In this document: positions 21,747 through 31,367 of the stretch, one piece after another | How the letters are laid out: every line of letters begins with the position of its first letter | Numbering within the stretch: the first letter of the stretch is position 1 | Source: Candidatus Izemoplasmataceae bacterium | Lineage (GTDB): Bacteria; Bacillota_I; Bacilli_A; Izemoplasmatales; Izemoplasmataceae | Length of the DNA stretch: 49,640 nt | Reading direction: 5' to 3' | Assembly (NCBI GenBank): GCA_965656585.1 | Contig: CBFHLD010000001.1 | Coordinates: 1 to 49,640 of the forward strand | The notes under the pieces: model-generated | What the model was told of the DNA's origin: nothing | Seen by the model: the letters and a program-made list of their open reading frames with translations, nothing else | The model's database searches: none | Translations under genes and position numbers: made by a program

Positions 21747-22643
21747 ATGAAACAATGTAATATTATATATAACCCAAACAGTGGAAGAGGGACGTTCAAA
21801 AGCGAAATCCATAGAGTTACCAACCATTTGGAGTCTTTAGGTTACACGTGGAACATATATCCCACAGAATACCCCAAGCATGCGACAAAACTCATGCAAG
21901 ATCACAATGATGCGGACATGATTTTAGTCAGTGGGGGTGACGGGACAATGAACGAAGTTTTACAAGCTGTTCCAGGCATGAAAAAGATCCCTGTGATTGC
22001 TTATATACCGAGGGGAACAGCCAATGATTTTGGGAAAACACTTGGGCTCAGCAAAAACATTCAATCCAATCTCAATTTATTACATATGCCAACGATCAAG
22101 AAAAAAGACATTGTCGAAAGCTCTTTCGGGGTTTTCAATTACATTGCAGCCATTGGAAACTATGTCGATATAAGTTATAAAACCACCAAAAAAATGAAAA
22201 AAATATGGGGGTTTTTAGCCTATATATTCTTTGGAATCAAAGCCTTTTTTACAGCTCCGATGATTCAAGCCACCATCGAAACGCCTGAAGGAACGATCCA
22301 AGGTCGATATTCACTTATTTTAATCGTGAACAGTGAATCGGTGGGCGGTTTTACTATTTTAAAAGACGCGAAGTTGGACGATCAACTCTTAGAAATTGTG
22401 GTCCTCCCTTATGTGCCACTCCTTAATAATGTGTACTTTGCTTTTGTATTTTTATTTAAAAGTCTCAAATTGCCGGGAATTAAACGGTTTAAAACGTCAC
22501 ACGTTAAAGTGACGACTGATCACAACCGGCCGTGGAGTCTAGATGGAGAGGTAGCCCAAAGTGGAACGTTTGAGGCAACCGTTTATCCTACACAAGTTCC
22601 CTTCGTTATTGATCCTAAAAAAGCGTCTTTATTCAATGAATAA
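21747..22643 (+). CDS. Diacylglycerol-kinase-family lipid kinase (YegS/DagK/BmrU type)
   Basis: N-terminal IIYNPNSGRG and the catalytic-domain motif VSGGDGTMNEV, then GTANDFGK. Length 298 aa. Confidence 0.85.
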   Translation: MKQCNIIYNPNSGRGTFKSEIHRVTNHLESLGYTWNIYPTEYPKHATKLMQDHNDADMILVSGGDGTMNEVLQAVPGMKKIPVIAYIPRGTANDFGKTLGLSKNIQSNLNLLHMPTIKKKDIVESSFGVFNYIAAIGNYVDISYKTTKKMKKIWGFLAYIFFGIKAFFTAPMIQATIETPEGTIQGRYSLILIVNSESVGGFTILKDAKLDDQLLEIVVLPYVPLLNNVYFAFVFLFKSLKLPGIKRFKTSHVKVTTDHNRPWSLDGEVAQSGTFEATVYPTQVPFVIDPKKASLFNE

Positions 22644-23175
22644 GCCCATTATTTATGTTGTTGAAGGCCATCATGACCATGCAAAACTCAAAGAAATTGA
22701 CCCAAACATTGAGGCATTTATCACCCATGGATTTCACTTCAACCAAAAACACCTGAATCACTTGGTAAAATTGACCCAAACCTATCGATTGATTCTATTG
22801 CTTGATCCTGATGGAGCCGGCGCCCGGATTGAAAAGCGAATCCGTCAAGTTTTTCCAAATATAGAATCAATCCATGTGCCACTCTCTAAAGCGAAACGTG
22901 CAGACGGCAAAGTGGGTATCGAACATATGGATGCCTCAGACTTATCGAGACTTTTAGAAAAGGGGGCTCATCCAAAGGTTACACGTGAAACATGGACTAA
23001 AGAAAGTATGATGAGCATGCGGCTTATGGGTCACGCAGATGCTAGGATAAATCGCCGAATCATTGCTGAAAAATTGGCGATACCTTATACCAATGCCAAG
23101 CAATTTATCCATATCCTCAATCGCTATGGAGTTCTCAAAAAACAGGTGAAAGAAGGTTTAGATGAACACGCATAA
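22636..23175 (+). CDS. rnmV: Ribonuclease M5 (Toprim domain, 5S rRNA maturase)
   Basis: From ATG 22636: MNKPIIYVVEGHHDHAKLKEI...LLLDPDGAGARIEKRI, which carries the Toprim E...DxD pattern. Conserved position directly upstream of rsmA/ksgA. ATGAATAA overlaps the lipid-kinase stop. Confidence 0.85.
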   Translation: MNKPIIYVVEGHHDHAKLKEIDPNIEAFITHGFHFNQKHLNHLVKLTQTYRLILLLDPDGAGARIEKRIRQVFPNIESIHVPLSKAKRADGKVGIEHMDASDLSRLLEKGAHPKVTRETWTKESMMSMRLMGHADARINRRIIAEKLAIPYTNAKQFIHILNRYGVLKKQVKEGLDEHA

Positions 23176-23983
23176 AGCCCAAAAGAAATGGGGACAAAAC
23201 TTTCTTAAAGACACGACTATCATTAATAAAATTATGGCCAGTGTGCCTCGCTCTAAGCATGCAGTCTATATAGAAATTGGTCCAGGTAAAGGAGCATTAA
23301 CGGAGGGTCTATTAGCATTGAATCGTCCGGTAATTGCCTATGAGATTGATCGAAATTTAGAACCCACACTTAATGCTCGATTCAATAAAATCGAAGATTT
23401 TCATTTAATTATGGATGATTTTTTAAATCGTGATATTTCCAATGACATTCATAACCACCAATTTTCTGAGTTTGATGTTCATGTAGTAGCTAATTTACCG
23501 TATTACATTACTACCCCAATCATTAGGAAATGCCTAAATTTAGCCAATTTAAAATCAATCACCATCATGGTTCAAGACGAGGTCGCTAAACGCTTGTCGG
23601 CCCAACCATCAACCAAAGATTATGGAGCTTTGACCGTTTTATCTCAATACTACGCCAACATTGATTATTTATTTCAAGTGCCTCCTCATGTTTTTCATCC
23701 AGCGCCTAAAGTCCATTCTGCGGTCATTCAATTGACCATCAAACCTGAACGCATATTACCCGTGGATCAAGAAAAAATGTTCGAAACATTTATTCACCAA
23801 TGTTTTAAACAAAAAAGGAAGACATTAATTAATAACTTAAGTAGTGAGTATACAAACGCGAAAGATGTACTGACGAACTATTTTGTAGACGAAGGGCTTA
23901 ATCCGCAAACCCGTGCGGAGGCTTTAAATTTGAATCATTTACTCCGTTTGTTTCAAAAAATTTCAGTAAAAACCCACCCTTAA
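23162..23983 (+). CDS. rsmA: 16S rRNA (adenine1518/1519-N6)-dimethyltransferase
   Basis: KKWGQNFL, SAM motif IEIGPGKGALT, NLPYYITTPI, and FHPAPKVHSAVI. These are the canonical KsgA/RsmA motifs. Confidence 0.95.
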   Translation: MNTHKAQKKWGQNFLKDTTIINKIMASVPRSKHAVYIEIGPGKGALTEGLLALNRPVIAYEIDRNLEPTLNARFNKIEDFHLIMDDFLNRDISNDIHNHQFSEFDVHVVANLPYYITTPIIRKCLNLANLKSITIMVQDEVAKRLSAQPSTKDYGALTVLSQYYANIDYLFQVPPHVFHPAPKVHSAVIQLTIKPERILPVDQEKMFETFIHQCFKQKRKTLINNLSSEYTNAKDVLTNYFVDEGLNPQTRAEALNLNHLLRLFQKISVKTHP

Positions 23984-24028
23984 AACTGTTATTTCGCTTG
24001 CTTATGCGGTGCATGGATTTTCAAAAGT

Positions 24029-24057
24029 TTGAATTGAATTGGCGGGTATGATATAAT
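24029..24057 (+). promoter_or_regulatory. Promoter for spoVG
   Basis: TTGAAT (24029-24034), a 17-nt spacer, then TATAAT (24052-24057) with TG at 24049-24050 (extended -10). Confidence 0.65.
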
Positions 24058-24102
24058 GCAAGCGTATTCATACAACAAGTCATGTCCATGGGGTGGTCTA
24101 GT

Positions 24103-24375
24103 ATGGAAATTACGGATGTTCGCGTCAAGAAGTTTAATGGTGAAAATCGTCTTAAAGCGATTGCGGCCATTACGATTGACGATTGCTTCGTAGTCCATGA
24201 GTTACGCGTCATCGATGGGAAAGAGGGGCTCTTTGTTGCGATGCCAAGTCGCAAAATGCCAAACGGCGAATTCAAAGATGTAGCCCATCCAATCAATCAA
24301 GAAACACGCAATAAGATTGAAACCATTGTCATTGAAGCGTACGAGAGTATTGAAGATGAAATTATAGAAGAATAG
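24103..24375 (+). CDS. spoVG: SpoVG-family nucleic-acid-binding regulator
   Basis: From ATG 24103: [65 protein letters not shown], a near-canonical SpoVG sequence. The track start at 24082 is a 7-codon extension. Confidence 0.93.
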   Translation: MEITDVRVKKFNGENRLKAIAAITIDDCFVVHELRVIDGKEGLFVAMPSRKMPNGEFKDVAHPINQETRNKIETIVIEAYESIEDEIIEE

Positions 24376-24390
24376 ATCGCATAATATTGA

Positions 24391-24424
24391 ATGCAACTTT
24401 ATCGCAAAGTTGCATTTTATTTTG
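24391..24424 (+). terminator. Intrinsic terminator after spoVG
   Basis: atgcaacttt-atcgc-aaagttgcat followed by a T-rich run. Confidence 0.75.
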
Positions 24425-24469
24425 GGCAATTTTAGTTATAATGAGACTAGTGAAGATTAAGGAGATGCA

Positions 24470-25432
24470 ATGGCAACCTTTAATGGTGAAAAAGTTAAAT
24501 TATTTAGCCTCAATGCGAACCGTCCTCTGGCAGAAAAAATATCCAGTTATACGGGGATTCCATTAAGCGATTTAGAAGTTAAAAAGTTTGCGGATGGTGA
24601 AATTACCATCAATATTGCTGAAACTGTCCGGGGTCACCATGTATTTGTGGTTCAACCGACCCAAACACCAGTTAACGAGCATTTGATGGAACTCTTAATT
24701 CTCATGGATGCACTTAAAAGAGCCAGTGCCCGGACCATCAACGTCGTTATGCCTTACTATGGGTATTCTAGACAAGACCGGAAAGCCAAATCCAGACAAC
24801 CCATCAGTGCTAAATTGGTTGCTGATTTACTCACTGTAGCCGGGGCAACAAGAATTGTCTCCATGGACCTTCATGCGGCCCAAATTCAAGGATTTTTTAA
24901 TATTCCAATCGATAATTTTAAAGCGATGCCGATCATTGCTAACTACTTTGAAGAACGCTTAGCAGGCGAAGATTTAGTCATCGTATCGCCCGATCACGGA
25001 GGCGCTGGGCGAGCCCGTGAACTCGGAAATACCTTACACGCTCCGATTGCTATTATCGATAAACGTAGACCCAGAGAAAACGAAGCTGAGGTTATGAATA
25101 TCATCGGGGATGTCAATGGACGGTGTGCCATCATCATCGATGACATTATTGATACAGCCGGAACCATCACGGCGGCGTCTGATGCCATTCGCGCAGCAGG
25201 GGCGAAAGATGTATATGCGGCTTGTACGCATCCAGTGCTTTCTGGAAAAGCGATTGAACGCATTGAAAACAGTGCCATCAGCGAACTTATTTGTACTGAT
25301 ACCATTAATTTAAGACCAGAACAAAGCTCATCTAAAATTAAACAATTATCGGTCGCGAATTTGCTCGGTCAAGGCATTTTAAACGTCATCAACAATGAAT
25401 CATTAAGTGTTTTATTTGAAAGACAAGATTAA
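24470..25432 (+). CDS. prs: Ribose-phosphate pyrophosphokinase
   Basis: [36 protein letters not shown], and the PRPP loop [12 protein letters not shown]. Length 320 aa. Confidence 0.97.
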   Translation: MATFNGEKVKLFSLNANRPLAEKISSYTGIPLSDLEVKKFADGEITINIAETVRGHHVFVVQPTQTPVNEHLMELLILMDALKRASARTINVVMPYYGYSRQDRKAKSRQPISAKLVADLLTVAGATRIVSMDLHAAQIQGFFNIPIDNFKAMPIIANYFEERLAGEDLVIVSPDHGGAGRARELGNTLHAPIAIIDKRRPRENEAEVMNIIGDVNGRCAIIIDDIIDTAGTITAASDAIRAAGAKDVYAACTHPVLSGKAIERIENSAISELICTDTINLRPEQSSSKIKQLSVANLLGQGILNVINNESLSVLFERQD

Positions 25433-25439
25433 TACGTTG

Positions 25440-25639
25440 AATGGATAAGTAGTAAGATTCTCTATTTCTAGCGACTTTGGGTGTGGTGAAAGCCAAAGAA
25501 TAAGCTCTTACGAAAAACCCCATGAGTGATGAAAGAATAAAGTAAACTCATCCGTAACTCTGCGTTAAAGAGATTGAGTGATAAACCAAGGTGGTACCGC
25601 GTTTAAACGCCCTTATCTTTTTTAAGGGCGTTTTATTTT
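25440..25639 (+). promoter_or_regulatory. T-box riboswitch leader controlling asnS
   Basis: GGTGTGGTGAAAGCC distal-loop-like segment (25479-25495), AGTA box (25541-25544), F-box-like GCGTTA (25562-25567), and the T-box sequence AACCAAGGTGGTACCGCG (25584-25601). The terminator is aaacgccctta-loop-taagggcgttt plus a T-run (25605-25639). Asn codons are present at 25516-25518 (AAC) and 25536-25538 (AAT). Confidence 0.85.
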
Positions 25640-25649
25640 GGAGGAAAAC

Positions 25650-27026
25650 ATGGATTTAAAGCAAATATTCGAAAATTATGAGTCATTAGCCAATCAAGAA
25701 ATAGTCATGGAAGGTTGGGTGAGAAATCACCGGGACCAAAAAGCATTCGGATTTTTAATGGTCGCAGATGGAACCGATTTTCGTGTGGTTCAAGTCGTAT
25801 ATGAAGAATCACTCAGTAACTTTGACGCAGTCAAAAAAATCAAAGTAGGCGCAGCGGTTACCCTTAAAGGGACGCTTGTCCTAACGCCAGATCTCAAACA
25901 ACCGTTTGAAGTTAAAGCCCATGAAGTGACTGAAGTGGGACCTTCCCACGAAGATTATCCGATTCAACCCAAACGTCATACCCGGGAATTTTTAAGAACG
26001 CATCCGCACTTACGCTTAAGAACCAATTTATTTACCGCGGTCTTCAAAGTAAGGAGCGTTTTACACCACGCTATTCATCGCTTTTTTGAGGATGAGGGGT
26101 TTGTCCACGTGGCCGCGCCCATCATCACCGGCAGTGATGCTGAAGGAGCCGGGGAGATGTTTAAAGTAACCACGCTCGATTTAAATCGGGTTCCACTTAA
26201 TGAAGGAACCATCGATTTTTCTGAGGATTTCTTCGGGAAACCAACGAATCTCACGGTATCGGGCCAACTCCAAGCCGAAGTGTTTGCTCAAAACTTTAAA
26301 AAAGTCTATACCTTTGGACCAACGTTCCGGGCAGAAAACTCCAACACCAAAACGCATGCTTCTGAATTTTGGATGATTGAACCGGAAATGGCATTCACCG
26401 ATCTAAAAGGGGCAATGGAGAATGCGACCAAAATGGTCAAGTACTTAATTCAAGCGGTATTGGATAAAGCGCCGGAAGAAATGGCCTTTTTTGATCAGTT
26501 TGTGGAAAAGGGGATCATTCAAAAATTAAAAAGTGTGGTTGATAAACCCTTTGCGACGTTAACCCACCAAGCAGCCGTTGAAAAATTACTCGCCTCAGGA
26601 CGCTCGTTCGAAAACGCTCCGAGCGTGCGTGAAGATTTATACACCGAACATGAAAAAGCCCTTGTCGAAATCATGGACGGGCCGGTATATATCATTGATT
26701 GGCCGAAAGATATTAAAGCGTTCTATATGCGACTCAACGATGATCAAGAAACCGTCGCCGCCATGGATTTACTCGTCCCAGGCTCAGGCGAACTGATTGG
26801 TGGGTCGCAACGCGAAGAGCGTTTAGAACCACTCAAAAAGCGTATGCAAGCCTTCGGAATTGACCCTGAAGATATGGCATGGTATTTGGATTTAAGACGC
26901 TTTGGGACGACCCCGCATGCGGGGTATGGCCTTGGCTTTGACCGGATGCTAATGTATGTCACGGGCATCGAAAACATTCGGGATGTGATTCCCTTTCCCC
27001 GTACTCCCAATAACTGTCAACTTTAA
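25650..27026 (+). CDS. asnS: Asparaginyl-tRNA synthetase
   Basis: N-terminal OB domain (GWVRNHRDQKAFGFLMVADGT) and class IIb motifs (FRAENSNTKTHASEFWMIEPE; GGSQREER; HAGYGLGFDRMLMY). ATG 25650 has GGAGG 5 nt upstream. The track start TTG 25638 lies inside the terminator T-run. Confidence 0.95.
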   Translation: MDLKQIFENYESLANQEIVMEGWVRNHRDQKAFGFLMVADGTDFRVVQVVYEESLSNFDAVKKIKVGAAVTLKGTLVLTPDLKQPFEVKAHEVTEVGPSHEDYPIQPKRHTREFLRTHPHLRLRTNLFTAVFKVRSVLHHAIHRFFEDEGFVHVAAPIITGSDAEGAGEMFKVTTLDLNRVPLNEGTIDFSEDFFGKPTNLTVSGQLQAEVFAQNFKKVYTFGPTFRAENSNTKTHASEFWMIEPEMAFTDLKGAMENATKMVKYLIQAVLDKAPEEMAFFDQFVEKGIIQKLKSVVDKPFATLTHQAAVEKLLASGRSFENAPSVREDLYTEHEKALVEIMDGPVYIIDWPKDIKAFYMRLNDDQETVAAMDLLVPGSGELIGGSQREERLEPLKKRMQAFGIDPEDMAWYLDLRRFGTTPHAGYGLGFDRMLMYVTGIENIRDVIPFPRTPNNCQL

Positions 27027-27034
27027 GGAGCCTC

Positions 27035-28360
27035 ATGGCACAGCGCAAAACGTTATTTCAGCTCACATGGCCCACGTACATCGAATTTTCTTTCTTGATG
27101 TTTATGATGGTGGCCGATACCTTGATGCTCTCGCAATATTCCGATGCGTCTGTGGCAGCCGTCGGTAACGCCAACCGGATCATATTTTTACTCACAGTCA
27201 TACTCAATATTGTCGCCATTGGAGTTGGGGTGGTAGTCAGTCAATACATCGGGGCGAACCGGGAAAAAGATTCGCATAAAGCTCTGCAATCTGGACTGAT
27301 TGGGGCCTTTTTAATGGCTTTAGTCATCGGCAGTCTATTACAGCTATTTGGCCCCTTACTCTTAAGACTGGTCAACACCCCAGATGCCATTGTTTCGGAT
27401 GCACTCGTGTATTTACGCATCGTTGGGGTGGGCTTGTTGTTTGTGGCCATCTCACAAACGACCGGCAGTGGATTTCGTTCACTCGGGTATCCCAAACGCG
27501 TGATGATTGCTGGGGCGAGTGCTAACGTATTAAACATTTTATTAAACAGTCTTCTCATCTTTGGGCTCCTTGGATTTCCAGAACTTGGTGTGATGGGGGC
27601 TGCCATTGCGACGTTAATTGCCCGTATCTTTAATGCGATGATTCTATTGGGCAGTCTCGTCTATGAAAAAATTGTGGATTTAACCATTTCTTTCAAGCGA
27701 CTTATTAAATACTTAAAGGAAGTTCTCACGATTGGGTTTCCCAGCGCCCTAGAGCAATTCATCTATCAAGTCAGTGAATTTATCATATTGATTATGGTTA
27801 ACACTTTAGGAACCCTTGCGGTCACGACACAAATCTATGTCTTTAATTTGTCCCTCCCTGTTTTAGTCTTTGCGATTGCCTTGGCTCAAGGCAATCAAGT
27901 CATTGTCGGGTGGCACATTGGAGCTACCGAAGATGATGATGCATTCAAACGAACCATTCGGACGATGCTCATCGGTGTGTTCAGTGTTTTCGTCTTGACG
28001 CTGATCGTCTATTTCAATGCCCAACATATCTTAAGGATTTTTACCGATAATCCCACTATCATTGAAACGGGGAAACGTGTTTTACTGGTCTTTATATTTT
28101 TAGAAATTGGAAGACTTTCGAATATCGTGGTGATCCAAGCGCTAAGAGCCACTGGCGATGTGAAGTATCCTGTTTATGCGGCTATTTTATCTATGGGACT
28201 GATAAAAATTCCCGTAGCTTACATCCTAGTTTTCATTTTTGATTTGGGTCTTATCGGCATATTCATTGGGATTGCGGCCGATGAAATCGTCCGTGGACTT
28301 TTAGTCTTTAGACGGTGGTTTAAAAAACCTTGGACCCTCAAGGAGCGACTTATTTCGTGA
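27035..28360 (+). CDS. MATE-family efflux transporter
   Basis: 441 aa with 12 hydrophobic segments. The layout is MATE-like (N-terminal ..LTWPTYIEF..., internal duplication, GFPSALEQFIYQ in the second half). Confidence 0.85.
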   Translation: MAQRKTLFQLTWPTYIEFSFLMFMMVADTLMLSQYSDASVAAVGNANRIIFLLTVILNIVAIGVGVVVSQYIGANREKDSHKALQSGLIGAFLMALVIGSLLQLFGPLLLRLVNTPDAIVSDALVYLRIVGVGLLFVAISQTTGSGFRSLGYPKRVMIAGASANVLNILLNSLLIFGLLGFPELGVMGAAIATLIARIFNAMILLGSLVYEKIVDLTISFKRLIKYLKEVLTIGFPSALEQFIYQVSEFIILIMVNTLGTLAVTTQIYVFNLSLPVLVFAIALAQGNQVIVGWHIGATEDDDAFKRTIRTMLIGVFSVFVLTLIVYFNAQHILRIFTDNPTIIETGKRVLLVFIFLEIGRLSNIVVIQALRATGDVKYPVYAAILSMGLIKIPVAYILVFIFDLGLIGIFIGIAADEIVRGLLVFRRWFKKPWTLKERLIS

Positions 28361-28869
28361 AATGGTTTACGCATTACTTCAAACGCTACAGTGTTATTTT
28401 TGTGAGTAACATCATTATTGTTTTACTGGCCTTTTGGCAGTTCACATCCGGTGAGGCTCTCACCGCATTCATCTTAATGTGGGGCCTTCCCATTAGCCGG
28501 ATATTTATGGTTGGAAAATTGAAATCACGGCTTGTGAATGGCCTGACTTTTATCGTGATTTATGTCTATTTACTATTAGGAGTCCGCTTTGGATGGTGGG
28601 ATCAGGCCAGTTATTTATTGCTCGCGACTCCGTACATTTCGATTGTTTTAAAACCAAAACGGTCATGGATTAAATACCTCACCGTAGGACTCACTACGGT
28701 TTATTTGATTTATGGACTCATCAGTGGTAACCAAGTACCGTGGTTCATCAAAGTGCCGTCTATCGGATTGGTTTATATCATCTTTTTCCCAAGCATTGTC
28801 AAATCAACGTTTAAAAAACAACTTGAGCGCTTTCAGCGCAAGGAGTTAACATCCAATTATGACCAATAA
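28357..28869 (+). CDS. Hypothetical membrane protein (about 5 TM helices)
   Basis: Hydrophobic ORF overlapping both neighbours: GTGA with the MATE stop and ATGACCAATAA with the CDF start. I propose the start at GTG 28357 (RBS aggag 28341-28345). The track start at 28330 lies inside the MATE gene. No recognisable family motif. Confidence 0.5.
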   Translation: MKWFTHYFKRYSVIFVSNIIIVLLAFWQFTSGEALTAFILMWGLPISRIFMVGKLKSRLVNGLTFIVIYVYLLLGVRFGWWDQASYLLLATPYISIVLKPKRSWIKYLTVGLTTVYLIYGLISGNQVPWFIKVPSIGLVYIIFFPSIVKSTFKKQLERFQRKELTSNYDQ

Positions 28870-29749
28870 ACTGAGTGCCCACAATTTAAGAATTGCCTTA
28901 TTTATTGGCCTTTGGGTCAATCTATTTTTAATGGTAGCTAAACTATTATTTGGATGGTTAGGGAGTTCCAATGCCTTAGTGGGAGATGGATTAAACTCAA
29001 CGACGGATTTAATCATCAGTGTGATGATATTAATGGGCTTAAAAATAGCCAAAAAAAGCCCCGATCAAGATCATCATTATGGCCATGAAAAATACGAAGG
29101 AGTCATTTATTTCACACTGGGCCTTATTTTCTTAGCCTCGGCCATCGCCTTGATTGTCACATCGTTAGATTCCATCGTTGGATTGATTTGGATGAATCGC
29201 ATAAAACCTGAGCCCAGTGCCATTACTGTTTATGTGACGAGCGGAGCACTCTTGATTAAAGTGGGGTTATATAGTTTTATGTCGTGGCTTGCAAGGCGCA
29301 GTGAACACCGGATGATTAAAGCCGATGCACGCAACCACCTCATTGATATTTTTGCGACCTTAGTCACTTTGTTTGGAGTTATATTTGCCCGCTTTAATGC
29401 GGTCATATTTGATGATATTGCCGCCCTTGTTATTTCCGGTTTTATTATCCATCTTGCCGTGATCATCATTCGTGAATCATTGGGGTATTTGACTGATCAA
29501 GCACCCGAAAAAAAATATGTTGACGAAGTCAAAAATCTCATCAACACCATTCAAGGGGTTGAAGGCGTCGATGATTTAAAGATTCGAAAACATATGACAC
29601 AGTGGTATGTGGATGTAGAGATTGCGGTAAAAATTAGCCACTCTTTAGAAACTGCACATTTGATTGCGGAAAGTGTTCATCATTCTGTGGAAAACACATT
29701 TCCGGATGTCATTCATTGCATGGTCCATGTGAACCCAACGAAGAGTTAA
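28859..29749 (+). CDS. Cation diffusion facilitator (CDF) family metal efflux transporter
   Basis: Six TM segments with GDGLNSTTDLI (TM2) and ADARNHLIDIF (TM5) metal-site motifs. The C-terminal cytoplasmic domain carries ...VDDLKIRKHMTQWYVDVEI... Confidence 0.9.
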   Translation: MTNKLSAHNLRIALFIGLWVNLFLMVAKLLFGWLGSSNALVGDGLNSTTDLIISVMILMGLKIAKKSPDQDHHYGHEKYEGVIYFTLGLIFLASAIALIVTSLDSIVGLIWMNRIKPEPSAITVYVTSGALLIKVGLYSFMSWLARRSEHRMIKADARNHLIDIFATLVTLFGVIFARFNAVIFDDIAALVISGFIIHLAVIIIRESLGYLTDQAPEKKYVDEVKNLINTIQGVEGVDDLKIRKHMTQWYVDVEIAVKISHSLETAHLIAESVHHSVENTFPDVIHCMVHVNPTKS

Positions 29750-29750
29750 T

Positions 29751-29786
29751 AAAAGCCCCTCACTTTAAAAGTGAGGGGCTATTTAT
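29751..29786. terminator. Bidirectional terminator between the convergent CDF and SPFH genes
   Basis: agcccctcac-tttaaaa-gtgaggggct with flanking A and T runs. Confidence 0.8.
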
Positions 29787-30743
29787 TTATTTGGCTTCAG
29801 GGGCTTTTTTGGCAGTTTTTGCGGGGGTTTTTGCGGCTTCACTGGCACTGGTTAAACTCTCAGCAATGCTAGAAGTCAAACCTACAATGCCTTGCATATC
29901 GGATGGAATAATCAGTTTCGTCGCGTTACCTTCAGAGACTTTTTCTAACGCTTTATACGCTTCTAAGCGTAAGAAGGCTTCGTCGGCCCCGGCCTTTTTA
30001 ATAAACTCAATCCCTTGCGCGGTGGCTTGTTGGACCTTGAGAATGGCTTCGGCTTGACCTTGGGCTTCCAAGATTCGTGTTTGACGTTCCCCGTCCGCTT
30101 CTAAGATGCGGGATTCTTTTTCCCCTTCCGCATTCAAGATGGCGGCGCGTTTGTTCCCTTCGGCAATCAAGATGGATTGACGTTTTTCCCGTTCGGCGCG
30201 CATTTGTTTTTCCATGGCTTCACGGATGTCTTTGGGAGGGATGATGTTTTTAACTTCGACGCGGTTGATTTTGATTCCCCAAGGGTCGGTGGCTTCATCT
30301 AAAATGCCGCGCATTTTTTCATTGATGATATCACGGGATGTTAAGGACTGATCGAGCTCTAAGTCCCCGATGATATTCCGTAAGGTCGTCGATGTTAGAT
30401 TCTCAATCGCTTTGATTGGCTCGTTAACCCCGTAGGTATAAAGCTTGGGGTCCGTAATTTGAAAGAATACGACGGTGTCAATTTGCATGGTGACGTTATC
30501 TTTCGTGATGACGGGTTGTGGATCAAAATCCACCACTTGTTCTTTGATCGATACTTTTTGTTTCACGCGGTCAATAAAGGGAATCAAGAAATGAAGTCCC
30601 ACGTCCCACGTTTGATAGTAGCCCCCTAAGCGTTCCACAATAAACCGGTTGGCTTGGGTGACGATGGAAAAACGGGTGGCCAGATACGCAAGCACCACCA
30701 ATACAATAATGATAAGTAAAATGAGTCCAAATCCAAATTCCAT
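29787..30743 (-). CDS. SPFH/band-7 (stomatin/QmcA-like) membrane-scaffold protein
   Basis: N-terminal TM helix, then a stomatin-like core (IVERLGGYYQTWDVGLHFLIPFIDRV...TKDNVTMQIDTVVFFQITDP...RVEVKNIIPPKDIREAMEKQMRAEREKR) and a coiled-coil Ala/Glu-rich tail. Confidence 0.92.
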   Translation of the reverse strand: MEFGFGLILLIIIVLVVLAYLATRFSIVTQANRFIVERLGGYYQTWDVGLHFLIPFIDRVKQKVSIKEQVVDFDPQPVITKDNVTMQIDTVVFFQITDPKLYTYGVNEPIKAIENLTSTTLRNIIGDLELDQSLTSRDIINEKMRGILDEATDPWGIKINRVEVKNIIPPKDIREAMEKQMRAEREKRQSILIAEGNKRAAILNAEGEKESRILEADGERQTRILEAQGQAEAILKVQQATAQGIEFIKKAGADEAFLRLEAYKALEKVSEGNATKLIIPSDMQGIVGLTSSIAESLTSASEAAKTPAKTAKKAPEAK

Positions 30744-30758
30744 AATTTTTAATGCCTC

Positions 30759-31367
30759 CTAAATGGGATATAGTGTGTCTTCAACCACAACTTTGGTTTT
30801 CGTAAGATAATCGCGGATCGTTTTTCTTTGGTTGGTTAAACTGATTAAGATGAAATCAATAAAGATACCAAACCCTAAGGTGAATACCCAATAAATGGAT
30901 TTCCAGAAAACTTCTCTGAGTAGTAAAGTCCACCAATTAACAGGTCCAGCCAGGCGCAATTTCGCAAACCGCCTTCCGACTGTTTTCCCGCGTGTGAATC
31001 CTTGATACAGATAATTAAATAAGGTGAGACTTAGAATAAAATACAGGGCACTGGTATATAAAAACGTCGCATACGCTTCGGTTTCTTCGGCGTAATTTTC
31101 GTTGTAGACTTCGTCTATTTCATTGAGCCTTTCGGTGTATTCAGCTTCAGTGATTAACCCCGCATCAAAATTTTCTTGGACGAGAACCACTTCATCAAAC
31201 CGGGTATCTTGGGCGTCAATGAAAGACGCATAAAGCGTATCAAAATTATCAATGCTATCTTCGATGATCGGCCGGGCGACGAACCGGAATAAAAAGACCA
31301 CAAGCGCTAAGATAAAAATGGTGTCGATCAGAAAGCTGAAGATGCGTTTGAAAATACTGGCGTTCAT
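30759..31367 (-). CDS. RDD-family membrane protein
   Basis: N-terminal ..FKRIFSFLIDTIFILALV.. and ..GKTVGRRFAKLRL.. match the RDD-domain pattern. An acidic ~75-aa insert lies between TM1 and TM2. The gene overlaps the NfeD gene by 4 nt. Confidence 0.7.
   Translation of the reverse strand: MNASIFKRIFSFLIDTIFILALVVFLFRFVARPIIEDSIDNFDTLYASFIDAQDTRFDEVVLVQENFDAGLITEAEYTERLNEIDEVYNENYAEETEAYATFLYTSALYFILSLTLFNYLYQGFTRGKTVGRRFAKLRLAGPVNWWTLLLREVFWKSIYWVFTLGFGIFIDFILISLTNQRKTIRDYLTKTKVVVEDTLYPI

Noticed and set aside
21747-23983. Apparently lower GC content of the lipid kinase-rnmV-rsmA block, and higher GC of gyrA and the 879-aa lipoprotein gene, as a sign of horizontal transfer
   Set aside because: This rests only on rough counts of a few lines. 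The genes are core housekeeping genes in conserved order. Amino-acid composition (Lys/Ile/Asn-rich versus Asp/Glu/Gly/Val-rich proteins) can explain the difference. It needs a proper sliding-window GC and codon-usage calculation before any claim.
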